Origin: Nanobdellota archaeon
Lineage (GTDB): Archaea; Nanobdellota; Nanobdellia; Parvarchaeales; Parvarchaeaceae
Direction of reading: 5' to 3'
Assembly (NCBI GenBank): GCA_021850635.1
Contig: JAJZLM010000008.1
Coordinates: forward strand, 1-61,905
DNA length: 61,905 nucleotides
The notes beneath the pieces were generated by a model. It was not told where the DNA came from. It ran no database searches and worked only from the letters and a program-made list of their open reading frames with translations. The stretch's first letter is position 1, and every line of letters begins with the position of its first letter. Both the position numbers and the translations under genes were made by a program. Below are positions 37,093 to 46,394 of this stretch, one piece after another.

Positions 37093-38118
37093 TCACTTTG
37101 ACAAGAATTCCTCTCCGAGTTCTTTGAGGATATCTTGCCTGTCTTCGAAGTACTTTCTTACTCTTTCTAGTTTCTTTATCAAATATGACGCTACCGTGCT
37201 CTTCAGGTCCTCCGGGTGTATCTTCTTTTCAGTGTAAAGTCTCTCCAATTCCTCCGAAGAAGTTATTTCCAGGTCTCCCCCAAACTTCTCAGCACGCTCT
37301 ATTTTGAACTTTTCATCGGAGGGTAGTATCAGATACTTTGCTACATCAACGACGAAATTGTCCTTTGTTACCCCTGGTGGGCAGTAGGCTCTGGCTATCT
37401 TTCTTCTTATAATATCCTCAGAGTCGTACACTTTTATGTGCGTTTCAGGAAGCGAAGAGCTCATCTTTGAGCCGGGGCCTAACAACGATGTTATAAACGG
37501 CACCATTATTTCTACTCTTTTGCGATATCCTAATATTGGGAGGTGCTCTCTTGCAAACACGAATATATGTCTCTGATCCATAGAACCTAGCTGTATGTCG
37601 ACGTCTAAATACTGCTCGTCCAAAGACTGCATTATAGGATATATAAGTTCGCTTACTTTTGGATTCTTCATCCTTGTCACCTCGGACGCTGCGCGCAAAG
37701 CTCTGTCGATCGTCGTCACAGTGGATATTTTTAGCATGTCGTTGATATAATCTTTGTCCAACTCGAAATCTGATCCCCTCACGAACTCTGGTTTTTCTTT
37801 CCAATCAAAGGACAGCTCAAAACATTTTTTAGTATAATCTACTCTCTTGTCAAGATCCTCCCATTTTGACTTTAAGTCGTCTAGAGCTGCATGTATGTCG
37901 GCGAGCAATATCTTAGCATGTATGCCTGCCTTTTGGAAATCCAACAATTTGCCGAATGCTACCAAATGCCCTAAATGCATAGCACCTGTCGGTGCTCTTC
38001 CACAATACGCGGATATGTCTTTCTTCTCGGTGAGAAGAGAATTAAGTTCGCTGTCGGTTATTATTTCAGACGTGTTCCTCTTAATCAGTTTCAGTCTTTC
38101 ATCTAAATCCATATTCAT
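37093..38118 (-). CDS. tyrS: Tyrosyl-tRNA synthetase
   Basis: GRAPTGAMHLGHL (HIGH), LLADIHAALDD, KMSSS; 341 aa. Confidence 0.82.
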   Translation of the reverse strand: MNMDLDERLKLIKRNTSEIITDSELNSLLTEKKDISAYCGRAPTGAMHLGHLVAFGKLLDFQKAGIHAKILLADIHAALDDLKSKWEDLDKRVDYTKKCFELSFDWKEKPEFVRGSDFELDKDYINDMLKISTVTTIDRALRAASEVTRMKNPKVSELIYPIMQSLDEQYLDVDIQLGSMDQRHIFVFAREHLPILGYRKRVEIMVPFITSLLGPGSKMSSSLPETHIKVYDSEDIIRRKIARAYCPPGVTKDNFVVDVAKYLILPSDEKFKIERAEKFGGDLEITSSEELERLYTEKKIHPEDLKSTVASYLIKKLERVRKYFEDRQDILKELGEEFLSK

Positions 38119-38711
38119 TCTAATCCAGAGCGCACAGCGTCTCTTATCTTCTTTTTCACATCTTCTTTTTTATCGTCATGGACATATAAAATGTCCTTTA
38201 GCGAATCATAAGCCCAAAACGGAGGCTCTATTACTATTGGCGCATTCTTATCTCCGGATTCACTGTAAGATTCTTCAGACGGCGCGACCATCACTAGGTG
38301 CTCACTAACGTTCTTATCATACGCCCAATCCTTAGCTATTCTAGAGATATGATCCTTGCTGCTGACAGCTATTATAGCTGCATTCTTTTTCTTAGCCCAC
38401 TTCATTATCTCATCCACGTTCTCCTGCGTGTTCTTCGACTCTCTTTCCAGTATGACGTCTGTGACCATATCAAAAAGAGCTGGGAATTTTTTCCTCGCTA
38501 ATTCGTATATCCTATCGGCTTCAACGACTCCATTTGTGACTACGCCTCCGGATAATATCAAGTAACTAATCACTTTAGTCGACTTAAAAAATCTGGCTAG
38601 TTTTATAGCCGTGCGTAACCTGTCTTCTACCACAGACTCCCATGTCCTGTGCATTGGTTTCGGCTCCCTCGTATATCCGTGTACGCATATCAGAACGCTC
38701 TGCATTTCCAT
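38115..38711 (-). CDS. DUF218 (YdcF/ElyC-like) domain protein
   Basis: LSGGVV..VEADRI...ESKNTQENV...AVSSKDHISRI. 4-nt overlap with tyrS. Confidence 0.68.
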   Translation of the reverse strand: MEMQSVLICVHGYTREPKPMHRTWESVVEDRLRTAIKLARFFKSTKVISYLILSGGVVTNGVVEADRIYELARKKFPALFDMVTDVILERESKNTQENVDEIMKWAKKKNAAIIAVSSKDHISRIAKDWAYDKNVSEHLVMVAPSEESYSESGDKNAPIVIEPPFWAYDSLKDILYVHDDKKEDVKKKIRDAVRSGLE

Positions 38712-38831
38712 TAGGATTACTATCAGAAGCTGCTTATATAATTGTTAAGAGTAGGCGAAGAAAAGCGTAACTCTGGCTGCGCACTGATTTATAACATTTG
38801 TGAAATGTCATACGTCGCTGTAGAAAGCACA

Positions 38832-38944
38832 TCCGCTCGGCCGGATTCGAACCTGCACTCTTCCCGTCGCTGCCCTTCATCGCACTAATACATAGCACTT
38901 TGTTATATCTACAGCGGGACGCGTTACCGTTGCGCCACGAGCGG
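38832..38944 (-). tRNA. tRNA-Tyr(GUA) with a 41-nt intron at the canonical 37/38 position
   Basis: Hand fold: acceptor CCGCUCG/CGAGCGG plus discriminator A, D arm GCGC-AACGGUA-ACGC, G26. Anticodon stem UCCCG/CGGGA, loop CUGUAG|intron|A, T arm GCAGG-UUCGAAU-CCGGC. BHB is helix CUGU/GCAG flanked by 3-nt bulges AGA and CGA. Confidence 0.8.
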
Positions 38945-38992
38945 ATAAGGTATCATATTCACGAATGTATAAATAAACCTTTCCCTCTCTGT

Positions 38993-39271
38993 TTACTGGG
39001 CTACACTTTCGGATATTACGCCGTCTATCTCCTGCTTTATCTTTTCTCCTATCTTACCAAGGGTCTTACCAAGGTTGGTTTCAAGTTTCTTGTAATCATC
39101 GTCGCACATATATCCGTGGTAGACTTCCACTCTCGGACCAAAACGCAACCCTACATCGACAGAAAACACTTTTGTATCTGCCTCACAGAGATCCCTACCA
39201 CACACAGGACACGTCTTCGTAGCTATCCTCTGCTTACACATGTCACATATTGTAACTGTAACCTTTGCCAT
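38993..39271 (-). CDS. Small zinc-ribbon protein
   Basis: 92 aa; CDMC...CPVCG near the N-terminus. Confidence 0.5.
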   Translation of the reverse strand: MAKVTVTICDMCKQRIATKTCPVCGRDLCEADTKVFSVDVGLRFGPRVEVYHGYMCDDDYKKLETNLGKTLGKIGEKIKQEIDGVISESVAQ

Positions 39272-39394
39272 ATATCACCAACAGCATATTGACTCGTTTT
39301 AGGCGCTATGCCAGACGCTTATACTATGGATAATATGTAACATTTCGAATATTTAACAATTTAGTAGCTTAGACAAAGCGTTGTGTTTGATGTT

Positions 39395-40564
39395 CTATGG
39401 ATTATTTGTTTTCAATATGTTGTTTAATATCTGCATAAAATAAGATAGCATGCTTTTATTCGATAGGAATTCGTAGTTGTTCCCGTTAGTTATTATCTGG
39501 ATGGATGACAGACTCGGTTGCACCTCTAAGTAAGAATATGTACCCATTAGCATGCCCAGAAATGGTTTGTTTAACGGGTTTGTGAGCTGGAACGTAGTCG
39601 AACCGCATACTATCGGCTGACAGTCCAAGGTCTGATTGACTAGATAACCGCTTTTGAAGGCTGAAGGCAATATATCGCACTGCTCTGATAGTGCCCCTAT
39701 GCTCGAGCCAGAAGCGTAACCAGAATACTGTGTAGCGCTTATGTTTATCTGGTATTGTATATCCTTACCGCCGGTATTGAACACTACGCTCACGTTTTGG
39801 AAAGCGCTGTTGCAAGAGGGGGACACGACAAATTTATTCGGCCCAGAATTCGCTAGTTCCGTCACTTCTTGGCACGTGTTGCCGCTGTTTATAAAATTTA
39901 TAACTATATTGGAGGATATGTTCGAATATATGTCAAATTCGAACGTATAAATGTTAGGAAGAAACAAAAACGGTTTCGATGATGTTTGGACGGAGTACTC
40001 TATGGACGTGTCTTTTGTGTCACCGCTGCCAGCAGTGACTTCTATATCTGGTAGTCCTAATAAATTTTGTGCAGAGTATTGCGACAGACTTATGACGTCT
40101 GCGCTATTATACGTCGACGCTATCGGCGTAGGGTAGTAGGTGTTTATGCTGCTTATGCTGTTGTTGAGGTAGTACTGCTCGTTCGTATAGTTGGCAACGA
40201 ATATGGTAGAGGGGAGGGGGTTAAGCAGCAGCGTACCCGGCTGTGCATAACACAGATCGAATCTGTTCTTTAGCGAGCTTGAGTAAGGTGAATTTGGCGA
40301 AAATAAGTTGTTATTTGATGATAGTGCCAGATCGCATGTTGAGTTATCATACATCTGGAATATAACTGCATCCGGTGAATTGAACTGCAAATTTGTAACA
40401 GACTGCGGAGATGTACACGCGCCCATCACTGCCGAAACCAATTGGTTATAGCTGTTTAAAGAACCTTGGGGCTTGAAAAAATTTGATAGTAGGATCACCA
40501 CGAACACCAGTATTACTGCCATAAGCAGAAACATCCCTATTCCCTCCCACGTTATATCTGTCAT
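39395..40564 (-). CDS. Secreted or surface Ser/Asn/Thr-rich protein with N-terminal anchor
   Basis: 389 aa; N-terminal helix GMFLLMAVILVFVVILLSNFF, many N-x-S/T sequons. 1-nt gap after the upstream pilin-like gene. Confidence 0.55.
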   Translation of the reverse strand: MTDITWEGIGMFLLMAVILVFVVILLSNFFKPQGSLNSYNQLVSAVMGACTSPQSVTNLQFNSPDAVIFQMYDNSTCDLALSSNNNLFSPNSPYSSSLKNRFDLCYAQPGTLLLNPLPSTIFVANYTNEQYYLNNSISSINTYYPTPIASTYNSADVISLSQYSAQNLLGLPDIEVTAGSGDTKDTSIEYSVQTSSKPFLFLPNIYTFEFDIYSNISSNIVINFINSGNTCQEVTELANSGPNKFVVSPSCNSAFQNVSVVFNTGGKDIQYQINISATQYSGYASGSSIGALSEQCDILPSAFKSGYLVNQTLDCQPIVCGSTTFQLTNPLNKPFLGMLMGTYSYLEVQPSLSSIQIITNGNNYEFLSNKSMLSYFMQILNNILKTNNP

Positions 40565-40565
40565 A

Positions 40566-41372
40566 TCACCCTATATCAAATTGGCATACTAGTGCGTTTC
40601 CACCCGAGTAACTGCACTCTTGAAGGGATATTACTCCTGGGGAACCGTGCAGAAAAGCCATCGGATTATCATTACAGTTACTCCCGCAATTAGTATCTTT
40701 TACGCTGAGAAATATTGGAATGCCGTTCTTCTCAGGTATCTGTGCACAGTCGAGCGCTGAGATATAACCAGATGGTTCGTTTCTACCGAAGGAAGTAGTA
40801 GCGTTTAGAAAAGACGTACACGATGAACCTAATGATAATGATGGAGGTAAGTTTACGAAGAAACTTAGAGTACCTTGTGAGCCATTTATACCGGATGTAT
40901 TCGAGCTGGAACCAGAGTTCAGGTATGTAGCGGCACCGAACCAATCTGGAAAGGATGCGCTATTTGAAGAGGAAGGCAAGTCACTCCATCCAGAGTCGAC
41001 AAGATTGCTGGTTGTGTACGAACCTATACATATGAAATAGCTTCCGGACAGCGTAGTCGGGTCGCTCGGCGCGGTGAGCTCGCCGGTTCTAGACAACTGA
41101 TCTAAAAGAGAAATACACGATGAACTGCCATAAAATTGGGCCATAAACTGATCCCCACTAAGAGACGGGGCGAGGGAGCCAACCACAACAGATTCTCCGC
41201 TAGTCAGCGCAACGGCGGTCTGGCTAACGTAAGCTTGCGGTGATTGGACTATGGATTTCACGCTGGCAGAACCGTAAACGAATATTACCAGAACTACGAA
41301 CAGTACGGGTATAATTATTATTATGGAGATTATAAACCCCAGAAAAGCGTTTATGCCCTTCTTATTGCTCAT
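40566..41372 (-). CDS. Pilin-like secreted protein with class III signal peptide
   Basis: From the internal Met: MSNKKGINAFLGFIISIIIIIPVLFVVLVIF. The ATG at 41372 lies 4 nt after the rpl24e stop, whereas the longer track ORF would overlap rpl24e. Confidence 0.6.
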   Translation of the reverse strand: MSNKKGINAFLGFIISIIIIIPVLFVVLVIFVYGSASVKSIVQSPQAYVSQTAVALTSGESVVVGSLAPSLSGDQFMAQFYGSSSCISLLDQLSRTGELTAPSDPTTLSGSYFICIGSYTTSNLVDSGWSDLPSSSNSASFPDWFGAATYLNSGSSSNTSGINGSQGTLSFFVNLPPSLSLGSSCTSFLNATTSFGRNEPSGYISALDCAQIPEKNGIPIFLSVKDTNCGSNCNDNPMAFLHGSPGVISLQECSYSGGNALVCQFDIG

Positions 41373-41376
41373 TAGA

Positions 41377-41556
41377 TTACTTAGTCTCGCCACTATTTAT
41401 TGATTTTGTAATCCACTTGATCTTTCTTGTATCCTTTTTCATGATGGAATACTTCATGCACCGTCTGCTGCAGAAATTTTGAGTGGTACCGTCTAATTTA
41501 ACGTACATTATTCCGCTTCCTCTTTTTATATCTCTGCCACAAAAATTACATTTCAT
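41377..41556 (-). CDS. rpl24e: Ribosomal protein eL24 (L24e)
   Basis: Hand translation: MKCNFCGRDIKRGSGIMYVKLDGTTQNFCSRRCMKYSIMKKDTRKIKWITKSINSGETK. Below the ORF-track cutoff. Confidence 0.85.
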   Translation of the reverse strand: MKCNFCGRDIKRGSGIMYVKLDGTTQNFCSRRCMKYSIMKKDTRKIKWITKSINSGETK

Positions 41557-41559
41557 AGA

Positions 41560-41832
41560 TTAACGTATGGGGAGAGCCTCCATCTCAGTCTCCTTGAGGA
41601 CAAGGATATCTCCTTTTATTACAGGACCTCTCACGTTCCTTCTTATTACTTTGTCTTTGTCTGGACCTGTAAGAACTTTACATTTTACTTGCGTCACTTC
41701 ACCCGCTACGCCGTGTCTTCCGACTATCTCTATTACTTCGGATGGAAAACCAGAAAAACCAGCTCCACTATCCTGCTGCTGTTTCGTAGCCGTGGTCTTC
41801 TGAGCGACATTTTTATTAAAGTTCTTTTTCAT
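41560..41832 (-). CDS. rps28e: Ribosomal protein eS28 (S28e), with N-terminal extension
   Basis: [56 protein letters not shown]. About 30 extra N-terminal residues if the ATG at 41832 is used. Confidence 0.85.
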   Translation of the reverse strand: MKKNFNKNVAQKTTATKQQQDSGAGFSGFPSEVIEIVGRHGVAGEVTQVKCKVLTGPDKDKVIRRNVRGPVIKGDILVLKETEMEALPIR

Positions 41833-42182
41833 ACGCTCTTAATCTTGCTTACTAGCTCCTCTAATGAGTGCGCTTCCTCTCCAGCGTCGATAACGGCTAC
41901 AGCTGCTGTAGGCACGGATATACCGACTGCCCTACCGAGCTCAGTCCTGCTCTTCACCTCTATACAGGGTACGCTCCTATCCTTGGATAGTAAAGGAAGG
42001 TGCATAACTATCTCTTTCGGAGAGACGTCAGAAGCGTATACCACTAGCTTTGCCTGCGATCTTTCAAGCGCTTTTGTCGCTTCGTTTACACCTTTTCTTA
42101 TGCTTCCAGATTTAGCGTGTATTTTTTCTAGAACAGAATATACCTGACTGTCCAAGTCCTTTTTTTGAGCTTCATCTACCAT
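41829..42182 (-). CDS. rpl7ae: Ribosomal protein eL8 / L7Ae
   Basis: [26 protein letters not shown]...ELGRAVG; classical rpl7ae-rps28e-rpl24e order. Confidence 0.9.
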   Translation of the reverse strand: MVDEAQKKDLDSQVYSVLEKIHAKSGSIRKGVNEATKALERSQAKLVVYASDVSPKEIVMHLPLLSKDRSVPCIEVKSRTELGRAVGISVPTAAVAVIDAGEEAHSLEELVSKIKSV

Positions 42183-42346
42183 ATCTGCTTACCTCCTAAA
42201 TATTTTATTACAAGTTATGATGATATACCTTTATAAATCTTAAATATATGTCTATCGTCTTGCTTTTGAACGGACAGAACGGTTTTGTATAACTTATACT
42301 GTAGTAATAAAAGATTTAAATAGTTACGATTCACTTAAAAAGTGAT

Positions 42347-42658
42347 ATGCAGAAAGCAAGGATAAAATTGACTGGTACAGATGCAGTTAAACTTAAGGAA
42401 GTCTGCGATAATATATTAGATATATCTAAAAAACTTGGTATAGCTACCGCGGGACCTATCCCTACGCCTACTAAGAAACTTAAGGTTACAACTAGACGAG
42501 CACCGGCTGGTTCTGGAAGAGAAAGCTATGAAACATGGGAGATGCGTCTGCACAAAAGGATAATAGACATACAAGCGGACCCAAAAGCCTTGCATCTTAT
42601 AATGAAGACTAACGTGCCAAAGGAAGTAAATATAGAGATGGAACTTCTAGGGTATTAA
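42347..42658 (+). CDS. rps10: Ribosomal protein uS10
   Basis: ARIKLTGTD...AGPIPTPTKKLKVTTRRAP.G.G..TWEMRLHKRIIDI. Confidence 0.9.
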   Translation: MQKARIKLTGTDAVKLKEVCDNILDISKKLGIATAGPIPTPTKKLKVTTRRAPAGSGRESYETWEMRLHKRIIDIQADPKALHLIMKTNVPKEVNIEMELLGY

Positions 42659-42712
42659 TCACCGTATAAGCCAAAAAGAAACGAATATTAACGACAAATA
42701 TTATTTATTGTA

Positions 42713-43417
42713 ATGGACGACATCCATGAAAACCTGCAGAAAGTCTTGATAGCAGCTATAATATTGTTATTGATGATAATTATTCTGACAGTACTTATAT
42801 CAAGGGATCAGAATATATCGATAAATAGTGCATTCCTATCTATATTCGTGGCTCTCGAGACCTTTAATTTTAGGTCCGATTTCGGCGTATTATTGCTGTT
42901 TCTATCGCTTTTTATGGGTGTATTTGCTGTATACCTTATTGAATTTATGGTGGCAGCCATACGAAAAGAATTTGGAGGTGTAGTCTATATGGCTCAAACA
43001 GTGAAGTTGAAACATCACAATATAGTATGTGGTGGTGGTAGGATAGGAGAGAGAGTAGCTACTCTGCTGAAGGAACAGCACAAGCCCGTGATAATAATAG
43101 AATCAGATGAAATAAGGGCTGCAGAACTTAAGAAGTATAAGTTCAAAGTGCTCAAGGAAAACGCACTCGACGAGAAATCCTTGAAGATGGCCAACATAAA
43201 GAATGCAGAAAACGTTTTTGCGTGTCTTGGCCAGGACGTCGACAACTTCCTTGTGGTTTTGAATACCCGCGAACTTAATAAAGGAGTAAAGGTAGTCAGC
43301 AGATGTAATGCTATAAAGAACGTTGGTAAGTTCAAGCAGCTTGGAGCTAATGAAGTAGTACTGCCTGAAATCGTTGGCGCGGATAGAATGCTTTACCTAG
43401 CGGAAAAGAAAAAATGA
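42713..43417 (+). CDS. Membrane protein with C-terminal RCK/TrkA-N (NAD-binding-like) domain
   Basis: N-terminal TM helices followed by NIVCGGGRIGERVA Rossmann GxGxxG. No GYG selectivity filter seen. Confidence 0.6.
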   Translation: MDDIHENLQKVLIAAIILLLMIIILTVLISRDQNISINSAFLSIFVALETFNFRSDFGVLLLFLSLFMGVFAVYLIEFMVAAIRKEFGGVVYMAQTVKLKHHNIVCGGGRIGERVATLLKEQHKPVIIIESDEIRAAELKKYKFKVLKENALDEKSLKMANIKNAENVFACLGQDVDNFLVVLNTRELNKGVKVVSRCNAIKNVGKFKQLGANEVVLPEIVGADRMLYLAEKKK

Positions 43418-43869
43418 ACCCAGCAAAGCGTTACTTCAGAAAATTCGCCGTGCTTATAGAAGAATATGCTGTAGAGCTGTTCATCCTAGAGGCACTGGCA
43501 ATAATACTAATATATCATTCCATACGAAACATAGAAATAATTACCTTAACTGTGTTTGTAGCGTTCTTTCTCTCGGAGACTATAAAGTTCTTCGTGGATG
43601 AAAATAGGCCGAAAACTGCACAAGAGAGGGCATATTTCAAAAAACATCGTTCTAGACTAAAAAATCACAGCTTCCCTTCGACTCATTCTTCCGTGGTAGC
43701 TGCTTTTGCGGGAGCTTTTTACGGGACATATATTTTTATCCCTCTACTCGCTTTTGCTTTATTAGTTATGTACAGCAGAGTATATTTGAAATCCCATTAC
43801 CCGCGCGATGTTTTTGCTGGGGGAGCTTTGGGGATCCTTATAGGCTATTCGATTACCATACTATTATAA
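43414..43869 (+). CDS. PAP2-family phosphatase (undecaprenyl/dolichyl-diphosphatase-like)
   Basis: KFFVDENRP, PSTHS, SRVYLKSHYPRD, the three PAP2 motifs; 4-nt overlap with the upstream gene. Confidence 0.78.
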   Translation: MNPAKRYFRKFAVLIEEYAVELFILEALAIILIYHSIRNIEIITLTVFVAFFLSETIKFFVDENRPKTAQERAYFKKHRSRLKNHSFPSTHSSVVAAFAGAFYGTYIFIPLLAFALLVMYSRVYLKSHYPRDVFAGGALGILIGYSITILL

Positions 43870-43963
43870 GAATTTGTTTACGGGCTAATAATTATTTAGG
43901 GATTTATTTTTACAGATAAGATTTTAATAGATATCTAACCTATCTATAGGTTAGACAAAAACT

Positions 43964-45997
43964 ATGAAATCAGACTTTAGCGACCAAATTTCTTCGTTCG
44001 TAAACAAAAAGTTAAATGAACAACTAAAGTCGATAATAGGAACTAACAAATCTTCAGTGCTGATAGACTTTAAGGACGTAGATGATTTCTCCCCAGCATT
44101 AGGGGATTACATACTTAAGAATCCTACAGACTCACTAGATGAAATAAAGCAGTTCATAAGCGGGATAGGACCAGTATACACTGACCTCTCACTGGATGTC
44201 CGCATAAGGAACCTACCTGCGAACGCCCAACTTAAGATAAGAGAGATAAGAAGCAAACATATAGATAAGCTCATTCAGGTGTCCGGACTAATAAAACTGG
44301 CAGTAAGCGTTAGACCAGTAGCTAAGAGCATAGATTTCGAGTGCTTCAGTTGCGGCCACATCACAAAAGTCGAGCAGACAGAGCGCACCATAAAAGCTCC
44401 ATCGATATGCTCAAACTGCGGTAGAAAAGGTAGGTTCAAGCTCGTCAAAAAAGAACTTATAGACACCCAGAAGATAACGCTTGAGGAAGCACCAGAAGAT
44501 TTGGAAGGAGGAGAACAACCCGAGCACGTAGACGTCATACTTAAGGGAGACCTTGTCGATCCAAAATTCGAAAAAAATATTGTACCTGGAAATAAGGTGA
44601 TGGTGTCCGGCATAGTAAACGAAACTCCGGTGATATACGGTGGAGGCAGAAAATCCAAGACCTCGGAAATATTCGTTGACGCATCCTATCTGGAGTCTGT
44701 TGAACAGGGTTTCGAAGATATGGAGATAAGCAGAGAAGAAGAGATGACTATAAAGGAGATGGCCAAGGACAAGCTGATATACCAGAAATTCAGGGATTCT
44801 ATAGCTCCCAACATATTCGGCTATGATCACGTGAAGGACTCCATAGTTCTGCAACTTTTCGGTGGCGTAAGAAAGGTCGGCATGGACGGAAACAGCGTGA
44901 TAAGAGGCGACGCCCATATACTGTTAGTAGGAGACCCTGGTGTTGCAAAAAGCGCGATGCTAAAATATGTCAGCGGCATAGCGCCAAAAGCTAGGTATGT
45001 GACCGGCATGGGTTCGAGCGCAGCTGGTCTCACTGCAACTATACTTAAAGACGATGCAACAAAAAGCTACATTCTAGAAGCTGGCGCCCTCCCCCTAACT
45101 AACAAGGGTCTGCTTGCTATAGATGAGATAGACAAGATGAATAAAGATGATAGAGTAGCAATGCACGAAGCCCTGGAACAACAGACAATAAGCATCTCGA
45201 AGGCCAATATCCACTCCACACTTTCTGCACAGACAAGCGTTCTAGCCGCTGCAAACCCGAAGATGGGGAGATTCAACCCATACGATGTTATATCTTCACA
45301 GATAGAACTGCCACCTACTCTGATAAATCGTTTTGACCTAATCTTCATAATGAGGGACAAACCTAACGAGAATGTAGATAAGCTTATATCTGAAAGGATA
45401 CTCGAGGCAAACAAAGACATAAACAAGAACAAGCCCGCTATAAAAACAGACCTATTAAAGAAATACGTAGCATATGCAAAACAGAACTGTAAACCGATTC
45501 TTTCAAACGACGCCATAAAAGCAATTCAGGAATTCTATCTTAAGCTGAGGAGACAGAATTCCTCTGAGGGCGAGGAACTCAGGCCAATCCCAATATCAGC
45601 TAGGCAGCTAGAAGCCATAATTAGACTGACCGAAGCAAGCGCTAAAGTAAGGTTATCGGAGTACGCCACCTTAGACGACGCAAAAAGAGCCATAGACCTC
45701 ATGATGGCTTACCTAGGTGAAGTCGGTATAGACAAGGGAACTGGCGAGCTTGACATAGACAGGGTAATAACTGGTATCCCCTCATCACAGCGCAGCATGA
45801 TAATAACTATAAAATCGTTCATAAGATCTGAATTGGATGTAATGCCTAAAGGCAGCATGTTGCCGATAACAAAAGTATACGATGACGCTGAAAAAAGCGG
45901 CATAAGCGCCGACAATGTGGACCAAGCTCTAACTGTCCTAAAGAAAGAGGGAGAAATATTCGAGCCTAAATCCGGCTTTATAAAGTTGATAAACTGA
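43964..45997 (+). CDS. mcm: MCM replicative helicase
   Basis: Zn finger CFSCG...CSNCG, Walker A GDPGVAKS, Walker B AIDEIDKM, arginine finger SARQLEA; 677 aa with no intein. Confidence 0.92.
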   Translation: MKSDFSDQISSFVNKKLNEQLKSIIGTNKSSVLIDFKDVDDFSPALGDYILKNPTDSLDEIKQFISGIGPVYTDLSLDVRIRNLPANAQLKIREIRSKHIDKLIQVSGLIKLAVSVRPVAKSIDFECFSCGHITKVEQTERTIKAPSICSNCGRKGRFKLVKKELIDTQKITLEEAPEDLEGGEQPEHVDVILKGDLVDPKFEKNIVPGNKVMVSGIVNETPVIYGGGRKSKTSEIFVDASYLESVEQGFEDMEISREEEMTIKEMAKDKLIYQKFRDSIAPNIFGYDHVKDSIVLQLFGGVRKVGMDGNSVIRGDAHILLVGDPGVAKSAMLKYVSGIAPKARYVTGMGSSAAGLTATILKDDATKSYILEAGALPLTNKGLLAIDEIDKMNKDDRVAMHEALEQQTISISKANIHSTLSAQTSVLAAANPKMGRFNPYDVISSQIELPPTLINRFDLIFIMRDKPNENVDKLISERILEANKDINKNKPAIKTDLLKKYVAYAKQNCKPILSNDAIKAIQEFYLKLRRQNSSEGEELRPIPISARQLEAIIRLTEASAKVRLSEYATLDDAKRAIDLMMAYLGEVGIDKGTGELDIDRVITGIPSSQRSMIITIKSFIRSELDVMPKGSMLPITKVYDDAEKSGISADNVDQALTVLKKEGEIFEPKSGFIKLIN

Positions 45998-45998
45998 T

Positions 45999-46394
45999 AT
46001 GGATTACACATTCTTCATGCTGCCGCTAAAAGTCATAGAGAACACGGAAAGAGGGTCAGATGAAGAAGGCAACTTTATACTATACGGCGGCAGAAAAATC
46101 TACCGATTGCACCTGATAGGTACTATAGCTGCTATAGAAGTGAACGAAGAGAGTGGGAGTGGATATTTCGTTCTTGACGATACTTTTTCAACTATATTAG
46201 TGCATTTTCAGACGCCTCTTTTTAATATGTTTACTGACATTTCACGTGGCAGCTCTGTCGAGGTGCTTGGGACTATAGACATATTCAATGACAGTCTAAC
46301 TTTAAGACTCGGTAATATAAAGAAAGTTACACTAGAAAGATACTCTTATAACAAGATTCAAAGCATAAAAAACATGATGGAATTATCTAAGTAA
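45999..46394 (+). CDS. OB-fold protein (RPA32/Stn1-like pattern)
   Basis: 131 aa; LHLIGTIAAIEVNEESGSGYFVLDDTFSTILVHF ... VEVLGTI resembles the RPA2-type OB fold. Starts 1 nt after the mcm stop. Confidence 0.4.
   Translation: MDYTFFMLPLKVIENTERGSDEEGNFILYGGRKIYRLHLIGTIAAIEVNEESGSGYFVLDDTFSTILVHFQTPLFNMFTDISRGSSVEVLGTIDIFNDSLTLRLGNIKKVTLERYSYNKIQSIKNMMELSK

Noticed and set aside
38900-39292. 130-aa plus-strand ORF
   Set aside because: It overlaps tRNA-Tyr and is antisense to the better-supported Zn-ribbon ORF 38993..39271. Its composition is implausible.
42217-42223. AUGAUGA heptamer (C-box-like) in the rpl7ae/rps10 divergent intergenic region, considered as a C/D box sRNA or an L7Ae-binding K-turn
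   Set aside because: No matching D box (CUGA), C'/D' boxes or terminal stem were found within 40-80 nt on either strand. It is too weak to call by eye.
42713-43417. Potassium channel annotation for the TM plus RCK protein
   Set aside because: No T-x-G-Y/F-G selectivity filter is visible between the TM helices, so only the RCK/TrkA-N domain is claimed.
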